Source of the DNA: Candidatus Saccharicenans sp.
GTDB lineage: Bacteria > Acidobacteriota > Aminicenantia > Aminicenantales > Saccharicenantaceae
Assembly: GCA_030017715.1 (NCBI GenBank)
Contig: JASEIU010000001.1
Span: forward strand, 1,520-65,519
Direction: 5' to 3'
DNA: 64,000 nt
Below, piece after piece: positions 37,446 to 47,883 of the stretch; the stretch's first letter is position 1; each line of letters begins with the position of its first letter. The translations under genes were made by a program, and so were the position numbers. The notes below the pieces were generated by a model. It did no database searches. It worked only from the letters and a program-made list of their open reading frames with translations, and was not told the origin of the DNA.

Positions 37446-39809
37446 ATGAATGACAGAATAAAGAAGCTCAGAGAACAATCGCTCAGGGCGCGGCCGAGCA
37501 TATCTTCCGAAAGGGCCAGGATCGTGACCGACAGCTACCGCAGTCCTGAAGTTCAGCGGGCTTCGGTTCCGGTCCAGAGGGCGCTGGTGTTCAAGGCCCT
37601 GATGGAGAAAAAAGCCATCTTCATAGACGACGGAGAGCTGATTGTCGGCGAGCGCGGCCCGGCTCATAAAGCCACCCCGACTTATCCTGAGGTCTGCTGC
37701 CACAGCTTAGAGGACCTTGAAACCCTGGATTCCCGTCCTAAAACTTCTTACACCGTTGATGAAGAAACCCTGCGCCTTTACCACGAGGAAATAATTCCTT
37801 TCTGGCGCGGGCGCTCGATGCGGGAAAGAATTTTTGCCGACATGAGGCCGGAATGGAAGGAAGCCTACGAAGCCGGCATTTTCACCGAGTTTATGGAACA
37901 GAGAGCTCCGGGCCATACGGTTCTGGGCGATAAGATTTACAGGAAAGGGTTGCTGGACATCATAAATGATATCAAGGAGTCGGTTGACCATCTGGATTTC
38001 TTCAACGACCCGGAAGCCCTGGATAAGCAGGAAGAGCTCAGGGCGATGGCCATCTGCGCTGAGGCGCTGATTACCTACGCCCGGCGGCATGCGGAGCTGG
38101 CCAGGAAGATGGCAGAGGGAGAAAAAGACCCGGTGCGGAAAAAAGAGCTGGAAAAAATCGCCGCTGTCTGCGAATGGGTGCCGGCTCATGCGCCCCGGGA
38201 TTTCTGGGAAGCCCTGCAGTATTACTGGTTTGTTCACGTCGGAGTAACCACAGAATTTAACACCTGGGATTCCTTCAACCCGGGCCGGCTCGACCAGCAT
38301 CTTTATCCTTTTTATCAAAAGGGCCTGGAAGATGGATCTCTGGACCGGGAAAAGGCGGCCGAGTTGCTCCAGGCGCTGTGGGTCAAGTTTAACAATCAGC
38401 CGGCCCCGCCCAAGGTGGGAGTGACGGCCGAAGAGAGCGGCACCTATACCGATTTTGCCCTGATAAATGTCGGCGGGCTGAGGCCTGACGGCCGGGACGG
38501 AGCCAACGAGCTTTCCTATCTGATTCTGGATGTGATCGAGGAAATGCGGCTGCTTCAGCCGAGCTCGATGGTGCAGGTCAGCGCCAAGAATCCGGATTCT
38601 CTCCTGCTCAGGGCCCTGAAAATTGTCCGGACGGGATTCGGGCAGCCTTCAATCTTCAACACCGACGCCATAGTGCAGGAACTCGTCCGCCAGGGCAAAA
38701 GTGTTGAGGATGCCAGGAAGGGCGGTTCCAGCGGCTGTGTGGAAGCCGGAGCTTTCGGAGCCGAGGCCTACATCCTGACCGGGTATTTCAACATTCCCAA
38801 GGTTTTTGAAATTACCCTGAATAATGGAGTTGACCCCAGGACCGGAAAGAAGATCGGGCTGGAAACCGGAGACCCCCGGAATTTCCAGACCTTTGATGAG
38901 CTGATGCAGGCCTTCGAAAAACAGATGCGCTATTTCATCGAGGTTAAAATCCGTGGCAACAACGTCATAGAAAAACTCTACGCCGAATACCTGCCGGCGC
39001 CTTTTCTTTCCCTGTTCATAGACGATTGCGTGCTTAAAGGCAAGGATTACCACGACGGCGGCGCCCGATACAACACCAGGTACATCCAGGGAGTCGGGCT
39101 GGGCTCGATCACCGATATTCTGGCCTCGGTCAGGTACAATGTTTATGACCGGAAAGTTGTGTCGATGGATGAGCTGCTCAAAGCCCTGTCGCAGAATTTT
39201 CAGGGTTATGAACGGCTTCGAGATCGCTTTCTGAACAAAACGCCGAAATACGGAAATGACGACGATTATGCCGATGAGCTGACGCGTCTGGTGTTCGAGA
39301 TGTACTTCAGGCTGATTGACGGGCGGCCGACCGTGTGCGGAGGAACTTACCGGGTTAATCTGCTGCCGACAACTGTTCATGTTTATTTCGGACGGGTAAC
39401 CGGAGCCACTCCTGACGGGCGACTGGCCGGCGAGCCGCTATCAGAAGGCATTTCACCCGTTCAGGGAATGGACAGGAAGGGACCGACTGCGGTTATCAAA
39501 TCTGCCGGAAAGATTGACCACATCAGGACGGGTGGAACGCTGCTCAACCAGAAATTCACCCCGCAGCTTCTGGCGGATGATGAAGGATTGGTGAAGCTCA
39601 AGGATTTGATCAGGGCTTATTTCAAACTGATGGGACATCACATTCAGTTCAACGTGGTTACCGCCGATACCCTGCGCGATGCCCAGAAGCATCCTGAGAA
39701 GTATCGAGACCTTATCGTGCGGGTGGCCGGCTACAGCGATTATTTCATCGACTGCGCCAGGGAGCTTCAGGATGAGATAATCCGCCGCACCGAGCACCAG
39801 GGCTTCTGA
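37446..39809 (+). CDS. hypD: trans-4-hydroxy-L-proline dehydratase (glycyl radical enzyme)
   Basis: TYPEVCCH, FTEFMEQRAPGHTV, NQPAPPKVG..ESGTYTDF, SGCVE (catalytic Cys/Glu), LPTT, RVAGYS; recognisably co-linear with C. difficile HypD. Confidence 0.9.
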   Translation: MNDRIKKLREQSLRARPSISSERARIVTDSYRSPEVQRASVPVQRALVFKALMEKKAIFIDDGELIVGERGPAHKATPTYPEVCCHSLEDLETLDSRPKTSYTVDEETLRLYHEEIIPFWRGRSMRERIFADMRPEWKEAYEAGIFTEFMEQRAPGHTVLGDKIYRKGLLDIINDIKESVDHLDFFNDPEALDKQEELRAMAICAEALITYARRHAELARKMAEGEKDPVRKKELEKIAAVCEWVPAHAPRDFWEALQYYWFVHVGVTTEFNTWDSFNPGRLDQHLYPFYQKGLEDGSLDREKAAELLQALWVKFNNQPAPPKVGVTAEESGTYTDFALINVGGLRPDGRDGANELSYLILDVIEEMRLLQPSSMVQVSAKNPDSLLLRALKIVRTGFGQPSIFNTDAIVQELVRQGKSVEDARKGGSSGCVEAGAFGAEAYILTGYFNIPKVFEITLNNGVDPRTGKKIGLETGDPRNFQTFDELMQAFEKQMRYFIEVKIRGNNVIEKLYAEYLPAPFLSLFIDDCVLKGKDYHDGGARYNTRYIQGVGLGSITDILASVRYNVYDRKVVSMDELLKALSQNFQGYERLRDRFLNKTPKYGNDDDYADELTRLVFEMYFRLIDGRPTVCGGTYRVNLLPTTVHVYFGRVTGATPDGRLAGEPLSEGISPVQGMDRKGPTAVIKSAGKIDHIRTGGTLLNQKFTPQLLADDEGLVKLKDLIRAYFKLMGHHIQFNVVTADTLRDAQKHPEKYRDLIVRVAGYSDYFIDCARELQDEIIRRTEHQGF

Positions 39810-39920
39810 GCCGGCTTGCTTCTCCGCCCCGGGATGATTAAAAACTGGCTCTGACTTTGATTCTTTTACTTTTCGGGCTGTGATAGAATTTCCATATCAA
39901 AAAAGAGAAGGGAGGAAGGC

Positions 39921-40823
39921 ATGCTATCACCAGAATTATGGCAGAAGGCAATAGCCTGGCTCATTGCCACCGGCTTGAAAATCCTGCTGGTTGTTGTTTT
40001 TGTGATGATTCTCTTCCGCTTTGCCCGAGTGGTAAGCCGCAGGCTGGAAAAAGTTTTTCTCAAGGAGCGGGAAGACGAAGAATCAAAAAAGAGAGCTCAG
40101 ACACTGGCCAATCTTATAAATCAGGTCATAAGGGTTCTGGTGGCAATTATTGCCGTTATTACCGTGCTGGCCGCTCTGGATATTCAGATTGCGCCCATCC
40201 TGGCCACGGCCGGTGTCGCCAGCCTGGCCATAGGCTTTGCTGCTCAGTCGCTGATTAAAGATGTGATTAACGGATTTTTTATCATTCTCTGGGATCAGAT
40301 TCGGGTGGGTGATGTAGTTACTATCGCCGGAAAGAGCGGAGTGGTGGAGTCAGTCAGCCTGAAAATGACGGTGCTTCGCGACCTCTCCGGAAATGTCCAT
40401 TATGTTCCGAACAGCCTGATCGATGTGGTGACCAATATGACCAGGGAGTACTCCCGTTATGTATTTGATGTGGGTGTCAGCTATTTTGAAAATGTTGATG
40501 AGGTGAGGGCGGTTATTCGCCAGGTGGACGAAGAACTGCGTTCTGACCCGGCTTTTGCTGGAGAGGTACTTGAACCTATGGAAATTCTTGGCCTTGACCG
40601 GTTTGCCGACTCGGCGGTGATAATCAGGGCCCGTGTTACCACTAAGCCGGGCAAGCAGTGGGAAGTGGCGCGTGAGTTCAACCGGCGATTGAAGATAGCC
40701 TTCGACCGCAAGGGGATCTCGATACCATTTCCACATCTGACGATGTTCATCGGTCAGGATAAATCGGGGAAGTCCGCGCCGCTGCCGGTGCGAATTGAAA
40801 ATGCCGGCGGAGCGGGGAATTAA
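39921..40823 (+). CDS. mscS: MscS-family mechanosensitive channel (YbiO-like core)
   Basis: LAIGFAAQSLIKDVING, IRVGDVV, GISIPFP. Confidence 0.9.
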   Translation: MLSPELWQKAIAWLIATGLKILLVVVFVMILFRFARVVSRRLEKVFLKEREDEESKKRAQTLANLINQVIRVLVAIIAVITVLAALDIQIAPILATAGVASLAIGFAAQSLIKDVINGFFIILWDQIRVGDVVTIAGKSGVVESVSLKMTVLRDLSGNVHYVPNSLIDVVTNMTREYSRYVFDVGVSYFENVDEVRAVIRQVDEELRSDPAFAGEVLEPMEILGLDRFADSAVIIRARVTTKPGKQWEVAREFNRRLKIAFDRKGISIPFPHLTMFIGQDKSGKSAPLPVRIENAGGAGN

Positions 40824-40843
40824 TTTCTCGGAAGCAACTGATC

Positions 40844-41830
40844 ATGCGAAAGAAAATCTCTTCGGAGACAATAATTTATTCTGAGTCTGAAATAAAGGAG
40901 AAAGTAAATCTCAGCGAAGCTATAGAAGCGATAGAAAATTCTTTTGCCGCTTACAGTTCCGCCCGGGCGGTTCTCCCCGGAGTTATCAACCTGGAGCTTC
41001 CGGAATTTCAGGGCGAAGTCCACGTCAAGGGGGCATATATCAGGGGAGATGATTATTATGTAATCAAAGTGGCTTCTGGATTTTACCGCAATCCGGCTCT
41101 CGGCCTTCCGGTCGGAAACGGCTTGATGCTGGCTTTCAGGGCCCAAACGGGCGAGCCGGCGGCGATTCTGCTCGACCGCGGCTATCTGACCGAGGTGCGG
41201 ACGGCAGCGGCCGGAGCGGTGGCGGCCAAATACTTAGCGAAGAAAAGGCTGGAAAAAGTGGCGGTCATCGGCTCCGGCGTCCAGGCAAGATTTCAGCTTC
41301 GCGCTCTGGCTGTGGTCAGGGGCTTTGAGACGGTTTCTGTCTGGAGCCGCAACCGGGAAAACATCCTGCGGTACGTTGAAGAAATGTCAGGAGAGTTCAG
41401 CCGGATAAAATTTAAGGCAGCAGGCTGGGTGGAAGAGGCGGTCGTCGGGGCTGACCTGGTGATCACCGCCACACCGAGTCATCAGCCGATTGTCAGGGCT
41501 GAATGGTTAAAGCCCGGAGCTCACATAACAGCCATGGGTTCAGATGGACCTGAGAAGCGGGAGCTTTTTCCTGAAGTGCTGGCCAGGGCAGATCGGATTT
41601 TCTGCGATTCAATTGCTCAATGCCGGCGGCTCGGTGAACTTCATCATGCTCTCGAAGCTGGTGTAATCTCAGAGGATCGGGTCAGCGGAGAAATCGGCGA
41701 GCTGGTGCTCGGGCTGAAGCCCGGCAGGCTGAGCGATGAAGAAATCACAGTGGCCGACCTGACCGGCCTCGGTGTTCAGGATGCGGCCATAGCCAGCCTC
41801 TTCCTGCGGCTTGCCGGGGATTCCGATTGA
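40844..41830 (+). CDS. Ornithine cyclodeaminase/mu-crystallin family protein (EutC-like)
   Basis: IKVASGFYRNPALGLP, LTEVRTAAAG, IGSGVQA, DLTGLGVQD. Confidence 0.9.
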   Translation: MRKKISSETIIYSESEIKEKVNLSEAIEAIENSFAAYSSARAVLPGVINLELPEFQGEVHVKGAYIRGDDYYVIKVASGFYRNPALGLPVGNGLMLAFRAQTGEPAAILLDRGYLTEVRTAAAGAVAAKYLAKKRLEKVAVIGSGVQARFQLRALAVVRGFETVSVWSRNRENILRYVEEMSGEFSRIKFKAAGWVEEAVVGADLVITATPSHQPIVRAEWLKPGAHITAMGSDGPEKRELFPEVLARADRIFCDSIAQCRRLGELHHALEAGVISEDRVSGEIGELVLGLKPGRLSDEEITVADLTGLGVQDAAIASLFLRLAGDSD

Positions 41831-42049
41831 CCTGCAGGGCGAGGCCAGACGGAAAATAAAAGAAACACCCCCGTTCACACTGAAATTTACCAATCCTATA
41901 GGGCCCTTCTCTATTAAATCCATCCTGGTATCAGCAACATTTTTGCTAATGGGAGGTTGGCCATGGTATGGTTGAAGCAGGGACGCTGAACGTAATTTGC
42001 TTCGCACCTTTTTGCTTCCCGCAAGCAATTTTTATTTTTTTTGCAGTGA

Positions 42050-42310
42050 AAAAACTTCGGGGTTGAAGGGCAGATTCTGATTAAATATGATGGATATGGG
42101 AATTGTCTTCGTGAGTATATTTACATAGGGGCGAAGTTGGTGGCTGAGTATCAGCCGGACAGGGTTGACCAGCGAGACCCGCAAAGAGACAAATACCAAT
42201 ACTTCGCCACCGACCAGATTAACTCCACCCGGGTGGTGACGGATGATAACGGCAATGTGGTCTATGCTGCGGCACATGACCCCTATGGCGGGATGGCCCA
42301 GCAGGCATAA
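42050..42310 (+). pseudogene. Orphan RHS/YD-repeat fragment
   Basis: Stop-to-stop frame YDGYGNCLREYIYIGAKLVAEYQP...YFATDQINSTRVVTDDNGNVVYAAAHDPYGG matches the end of RHS repeats and the start of the RHS core; no upstream start. Confidence 0.8.
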
Positions 42311-42581
42311 ACTAAAGATGTGATTCAGGCTTTTTCTTTTGAAAAATCCGAGGGGCTACTGGCTGTATGACTTTCACTCCGCTTACTATTCGCTATTGAG
42401 CCGGGAACATCTCTTTACCCAGAAAAACTTTTAAGATTGACCGACGGCTTCCGGTTCGGGTACACTGAAAAAGCTCTGCCGGTAAAGCCTTCTGCCGGCG
42501 ATGCGGCCCGGGCCTGGCAGCAATAGAGTCAAAAGGCCCGGGTTTTTAATTCAACGAAGTTTCCCTGACCGGGAGGTTACG

Positions 42582-44756
42582 ATGGTACGCAAAATGATAA
42601 AAAGACATTGTGGCTCAATTCTATTTTTTCCCATCCTGATTTTAACCCTTCTAATATTAACTCCGCAGATTTCGGCCGATGAAGGAATGTGGCCGCTCAG
42701 CGAACTGCCGCGGCTGAACCTTAAAGAGAAGGGACTCCGGATGGACCCGGCCTTGATTTATGATCCAGCCCGCGAGAGCCTGCTTTATGCAGTAGTTCAA
42801 ATTGGAGCTACCGGTTCTTTTATCTCGGCTGACGGCCTGATCATCACCAACCACCATGTGGCTTTTGGCTCGGTGGTGGCGGCCAGCACACCGGAGAAGG
42901 ATTATCTGAAAAACGGCTTTCTGGCGAAAACCAGGGCTGAAGAGATTCCGGCTGCCGGCCGCACCGCCCGAATCACTGAATCTTTCAGGGATGTTTCCTC
43001 TGAGGTTTTAAGGGTTGTCAGGAAAAATATGAGCTATGCCGAGCGGACAAAAGCTATCGAGCAGCAGATTAAGAAAATCGTGGCAGAAGCGGAGAAGGTC
43101 AATCCCGGGAAAAGGGCCGAAGTGGCCGAGATGTTTCCCGGAAAAACCTACTGGCTTTTCCTGTACACGGTTCTTCGAGATATCAGGCTGGTTTATGTGC
43201 CGCCACTGGCGATTGGCAATTTTGGCGGGGAAGAGGACAACTGGATGTGGCCCCGCCATACGGGAGACTTTACATTGATGAGAGCCTATGTGGCTCCTGA
43301 CGGAAAACCGGCCGAATACAGCGAGAAAAATGTTCCTTACAAGCCGCGGACCTTTATCCGGGTTAATCCGGAAGGAGCCAGCGAAGGAGATTTTGTCTTC
43401 CTGCTGGGCTATCCAGGTCGCACCTACAGGCATCTTCCGGCCAGCTACATTTCTTTTGAACAGAATATTAGAATGCCGGCCGTGGCTGACTGGTACGAAT
43501 GGCAGATAAAACTGATGGAAGAAATGAGCCAGGCCAGCCGGGAAGTAGCCCTCAGACATGATTCCCGGATTAAAGGGCTGGCCAATACCATGAAGAACTA
43601 CCGCGGTAAGCTGGTGGGTCTCCGGCGATTGAACTATCTGGCTCAGAGAAGACAGGAGGAAACTGCCCTTCAGGAATTTATCCAGGCCGACCCTAAACGA
43701 CAGGCGCTTTACGGTCGGGTTCTGCCGGAGCTGGAAGAAATCTACGCCGATATGGGGCAGGAGTATTCGCGGGTGTTTGTGCTGGACAACCTGAGGCGGT
43801 CGGTCATCCTGTTCCAGAATGCCATGACTGTGGTGGAGGGGGTTTACGAGCGGCAGAAACCCGACCTGGAAAGAAATGCTGCCTATATGGATAGAAATTT
43901 CAATCAGACCAAACAGCGCCTGGCCCTGAACCTGAAATCGAATTTCTACCTGCCAACTGATGTGGCGATTTTCAGGGAGCTGCTTAAAAAAGCGCTTGCT
44001 CTGCCCGAAGAACTGAAGATAGAAGCGCTAAATCAATTGGTGTCAGCGGGTGGAAGCCCGGATGAGATGGTGGATAAACTTTTCAAGTCCACGAAGATGG
44101 ACGATTATGAATTCATAAAACAGACCCTGGAGAAAAAGCCTGATGAGATCAAAAGGGTTGACGACTCCATACTGAAGCTGGCCCTGAGTCTCTATCCGGA
44201 ATACAAAAAAATGGAAGAAACAAACCGGGCCAGAAAGGGCCAGATGGATGAGCTTCAGGCGAAGCTGGTGGACGTCCGGCAGGAATTTCTGGAGAGGCAA
44301 TTCATTCCGGATGCCAACGGCACGCTGCGCCTGACCTACGGCCGGGTGGAAGGTTATGAACCGCGGGATGCAGTTTACTACCGGCCCTTCACCACGGTTA
44401 AGGGAGTTATCGAGAAGACCACCGGAAAGGAACCGTTTGACACGCCAGCGGCTCTGCTGCAGCTTATCAGCCAGAAAAAATTCGACGGTTTCATCAATCC
44501 GGCTCTGGATACCGTCAGCGTCTGCCTGTTATACAGCACCGATACGACCGGCGGAAATTCTGGAAGCCCGATCCTCGATGCTGACGGACGCCTGGTGGGA
44601 GTGAATTTTGACCGGGCCTGGGAGGCCACCATCAACGATTTTACCTGGAGCCACCGCTTCAGCCGGTCGATAGGGGTTGATGTCAGATACATTCTCTGGA
44701 TCCTCAAGGAGTTTGCCGGGGCGGATCATTTGCTGGAAGAGATGGGCGTCAGGTAA
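42582..44756 (+). CDS. S46 family dipeptidyl peptidase (DPP11-like)
   Basis: ADEGMWP, ITNHHV, NWMWPRHTGDF, DTTGGNSGSP, FDRAWE; GGAGG RBS before the ATG at 42582. Confidence 0.93.
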   Translation: MVRKMIKRHCGSILFFPILILTLLILTPQISADEGMWPLSELPRLNLKEKGLRMDPALIYDPARESLLYAVVQIGATGSFISADGLIITNHHVAFGSVVAASTPEKDYLKNGFLAKTRAEEIPAAGRTARITESFRDVSSEVLRVVRKNMSYAERTKAIEQQIKKIVAEAEKVNPGKRAEVAEMFPGKTYWLFLYTVLRDIRLVYVPPLAIGNFGGEEDNWMWPRHTGDFTLMRAYVAPDGKPAEYSEKNVPYKPRTFIRVNPEGASEGDFVFLLGYPGRTYRHLPASYISFEQNIRMPAVADWYEWQIKLMEEMSQASREVALRHDSRIKGLANTMKNYRGKLVGLRRLNYLAQRRQEETALQEFIQADPKRQALYGRVLPELEEIYADMGQEYSRVFVLDNLRRSVILFQNAMTVVEGVYERQKPDLERNAAYMDRNFNQTKQRLALNLKSNFYLPTDVAIFRELLKKALALPEELKIEALNQLVSAGGSPDEMVDKLFKSTKMDDYEFIKQTLEKKPDEIKRVDDSILKLALSLYPEYKKMEETNRARKGQMDELQAKLVDVRQEFLERQFIPDANGTLRLTYGRVEGYEPRDAVYYRPFTTVKGVIEKTTGKEPFDTPAALLQLISQKKFDGFINPALDTVSVCLLYSTDTTGGNSGSPILDADGRLVGVNFDRAWEATINDFTWSHRFSRSIGVDVRYILWILKEFAGADHLLEEMGVR

Positions 44757-44836
44757 GATTGATATAATATAGGCCGGTGGACCGACTAATATTAAGAAGA
44801 CTGTTTGTTTTATAATTATTGAAGGAGGACAGGAGA

Positions 44837-45268
44837 ATGAAAAAAAACATTGTCTGCGCAATGGCGGTTTTTCTGGTATTGGTCATCTGGTCATTCAGTT
44901 CCCCCGGGCTTATGGCTCAGGAGCAGGAGCAAGAGGAAAGCAAGCTGCCAATTTCCTGGGAGAACTGGCGGGAAGCCAAAGCCAACGCTGAAAAGTATGA
45001 TGCTGAAGGGGATTATACCCGGGCTCTTCAGTATTATCTGGAGTATATCCGACAGGCTGAAGGTCTTGGCCGTCTGGACATTGTCGCCTGGGGCAAAAAC
45101 AATGCCGCTTACATGATCATCAAACAGCACAAGCAGGACCCGTCTACCGACCTGGCACCGGCTAAAAAGCTGCTGGAAGAGGGACTGGCGATAACTGAAG
45201 CCACGGAAGACTGTCAGCTGAAGCTTCAGAGCAACCTGGAATACGTGAAGATGTTTATCAAGGAGTGA
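44837..45268 (+). CDS. Small secreted helical (TPR-like) hypothetical protein
   Basis: Signal peptide; AGGAG RBS; helical-repeat-like GDYTRALQYY..AE. Confidence 0.75.
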   Translation: MKKNIVCAMAVFLVLVIWSFSSPGLMAQEQEQEESKLPISWENWREAKANAEKYDAEGDYTRALQYYLEYIRQAEGLGRLDIVAWGKNNAAYMIIKQHKQDPSTDLAPAKKLLEEGLAITEATEDCQLKLQSNLEYVKMFIKE

Positions 45269-45645
45269 GAGGTCAGATCTGAAGGCAGTCAGGGTAGAGA
45301 ACTGGATTTTTGCTTAAAGCGCCGGATTTATGGCTGGCTGATTTTCGAGATTTTTTTCAGCTTTTTTTCTCTTTATTTTTCTTCATGACAGTATAAAATT
45401 CCGCCCATTATTTTTGACGCTTCTTATCCTCCCGATAGGTAGAACTTTTTACAAACCGATCTGTCGAAAAATTTTAAGGGAACGAAGGGAAAATATTGCT
45501 TGAAAGTGCTAAAAAGGCTATCATTGTTTTCTGTTTCTGCTTTCCGGAAGTTTTTGAGGTTTAATCACGTCTCAAAATAGTGAGTCAGGCTAAATCTGGG
45601 CCTGAAACAATTTTAAGTGTGAAAATTAAAGAGAGGGATATATTT

Positions 45646-47883
45646 ATGTTTTCAGGTTGTCATTCCTGCAGAAATCGAAAAAGGCATTTCTTTCTAATTG
45701 GATTTGTTGTCCTTCTGTTTTCTGGCTTGATATCTATTCCAGCTCTCGCTCAGGAAGCGTCAGTAAAAATTCAGGCTGTGCGGGTGGAGAAGGGGCCGCA
45801 TCTCGACGGACTTCTTATTGATCAGATCTGGAAAGAAGCGATTCCGTTTTACGATTTTAAGATGGTTGAACCGGTTCCCGGAAACGAACCTTCAGAGCGA
45901 ACCGAACTCCGGGTTCTTTATGATGAAAGTAATCTTTACGTAGGAATTTACTGTTATGACAGCGAGCCGGGAAAAATTGCCGCTAACTCCCTGGCTCATG
46001 ATCAGACCGGAAGGAGTCGCGGCTGGTGGGGCATGGGTCATACCACAGCCGCCACCAGCGATGATGTCGTCCGGATTCTGATTGATCCCTTCCTGGATAA
46101 AAGAACCGCCTATGTTTTTTACGTCAACGCCAGGGGCGCCAGGAGCGAAGGACTGGTTTCCGGCGGCAACGCCAGCCTCAACTGGGACGGCATCTGGGAA
46201 GCTAAGGCCAGAATACTGGATGACGGCTGGTCGGCCGAGATCAAAATTCCCTTCAAGACAATTTCTTTTAAGAAAGATCTGCCCGCCTGGGGTTTCAATA
46301 TAGAGCGCTTCATTCCCCGCAAGCAGGAAACTATCCGTCTTTCGGGAATTTCCCGGGACGCCAATTTCAACAATCCGATGATGGCCGCTGAACTCGAAGG
46401 CATCGCCGACATCAAGCAGGGCCTGGGAATTACCATCCGGCCCTATGGACTGGTGGCTGCTTCCAACGACCGGCTGGTGGAAAATAAATACAACTGGAAG
46501 ACTCAGGGCGGGGTCGATGTTTATAAAAATATCACTCCCAACTTAGTGGCGGCTGTGACTTACAACACCGACTTTGCCGAAACTGAAGTAGATGAACGCC
46601 GGATTAACCTGACCCGTTTTCCGCTCTTCTTTCCGGAAAAAAGGATGTTTTTTCTCGAAGGTTCTGAGACCTTTAACTTCAGCTCCAGCGTGAGTTTCTT
46701 CCCGTTTTTCAGCCGGCAGATCGGGCTTTACCAGGGACAGCAGGTGCCAATAGATTTCGGAGCCAAGCTCTATGGCAAGCTGGGCAAGTTCAATCTCTCA
46801 GTCCTTGATATGCAGACCCGGGCCTTTGATCCGCTGCCGAGGACCAATATGTTTGCCGGGCGAGTGACCTATGATTTTCTCCGGGAGAGCAAGATTGGTT
46901 TGATCTTCACCAACGGCAGTCCGACCGGTGCTAACAATACCCTTTTTGGTTTTGATGTGAACTATGCCAGCTCCCGTTTTGCCGGCAATAAAAATATCTG
47001 GCTGGCCGGCTGGGCGGTTTACAACTGGAACGAAAAAGATGGTAAGCATCACGGCTTTGGACTCAGGGCCAATTATCCTAATGATCTTGTGAGCCTAGAA
47101 TCAACCTACGCCTATTATGGAGACGCCCTCGACCCTGGGCTTGGTTATATGATGCGCCAGGGAATCCAGACCTTTTACCTGAAGCTTTCTTACAACCCGC
47201 GTCCGAGCCGGGGCTGGCTCGACAGAGTCATCCGGCAGTTCTTTTTTGAAGCCAGCGGAGATTTTTACTGGAAGCTCGACGGGACTCTGGAGACCAGCCG
47301 GCTGACCTTTGAGCCGCTGAGTTTCCGAACCGAGAGCGGCGAAAGTTTTAATGCTTCAGTCGTGGTGAATCATGACGTTCTGCCTTATGACTTTGAGGTG
47401 GCTGAAGGGGTGGTGCTGCTGGCTGGCCCTTACGATTTCACCAACATGCGACTGAGTTTTAACACCGCTTCTCATCGTCCGCTGTCCTTTGACCTCAACT
47501 ATACGGTGGGCGGGTTCTATTCGGGCCACTATGGCGATTTTAATGCTGGCCTGAGCTATCGGCTGCGGGGCAATCTCAACCTGTCGTTTAACACCAATCT
47601 GGTGCGAGGGACGCTGCCCCAGGGAAAGATTAACGAAAATGTTTATCAGCTTAAGCTGGATTATTATTTCTCGCCCGACCTGGGTTTCATGAATTACATT
47701 CAGTATGACAGCGTGTCCAAACTGCTCGGCTGGAGCGCCCGCTTCCGCTGGGAAATCAAGCCCGGAAATTTTATCTATCTGATTTACAATTCCAACTGGG
47801 AGAGGCGCTGGGACCCGGCCAGCCGGTTTTATGCCGTTGGCGACCGCGGTGTCTTCAAGATTACCCTGTCTATCAGGCCCTGA
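45646..47883 (+). CDS. CBM9-like/DUF5916 outer-membrane protein
   Basis: LDGLL....W, TELRVLYD, GWSAEIKIPF, NTDFAETEVDERRINLTRF.LFFPEKRMFFLEG, and a beta-strand-rich C-terminus. Confidence 0.88.
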   Translation: MFSGCHSCRNRKRHFFLIGFVVLLFSGLISIPALAQEASVKIQAVRVEKGPHLDGLLIDQIWKEAIPFYDFKMVEPVPGNEPSERTELRVLYDESNLYVGIYCYDSEPGKIAANSLAHDQTGRSRGWWGMGHTTAATSDDVVRILIDPFLDKRTAYVFYVNARGARSEGLVSGGNASLNWDGIWEAKARILDDGWSAEIKIPFKTISFKKDLPAWGFNIERFIPRKQETIRLSGISRDANFNNPMMAAELEGIADIKQGLGITIRPYGLVAASNDRLVENKYNWKTQGGVDVYKNITPNLVAAVTYNTDFAETEVDERRINLTRFPLFFPEKRMFFLEGSETFNFSSSVSFFPFFSRQIGLYQGQQVPIDFGAKLYGKLGKFNLSVLDMQTRAFDPLPRTNMFAGRVTYDFLRESKIGLIFTNGSPTGANNTLFGFDVNYASSRFAGNKNIWLAGWAVYNWNEKDGKHHGFGLRANYPNDLVSLESTYAYYGDALDPGLGYMMRQGIQTFYLKLSYNPRPSRGWLDRVIRQFFFEASGDFYWKLDGTLETSRLTFEPLSFRTESGESFNASVVVNHDVLPYDFEVAEGVVLLAGPYDFTNMRLSFNTASHRPLSFDLNYTVGGFYSGHYGDFNAGLSYRLRGNLNLSFNTNLVRGTLPQGKINENVYQLKLDYYFSPDLGFMNYIQYDSVSKLLGWSARFRWEIKPGNFIYLIYNSNWERRWDPASRFYAVGDRGVFKITLSIRP

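Noticed and set aside
42032..42277. 81-aa minus-strand ORF
   Set aside because: Antisense to the RHS fragment on the plus strand.
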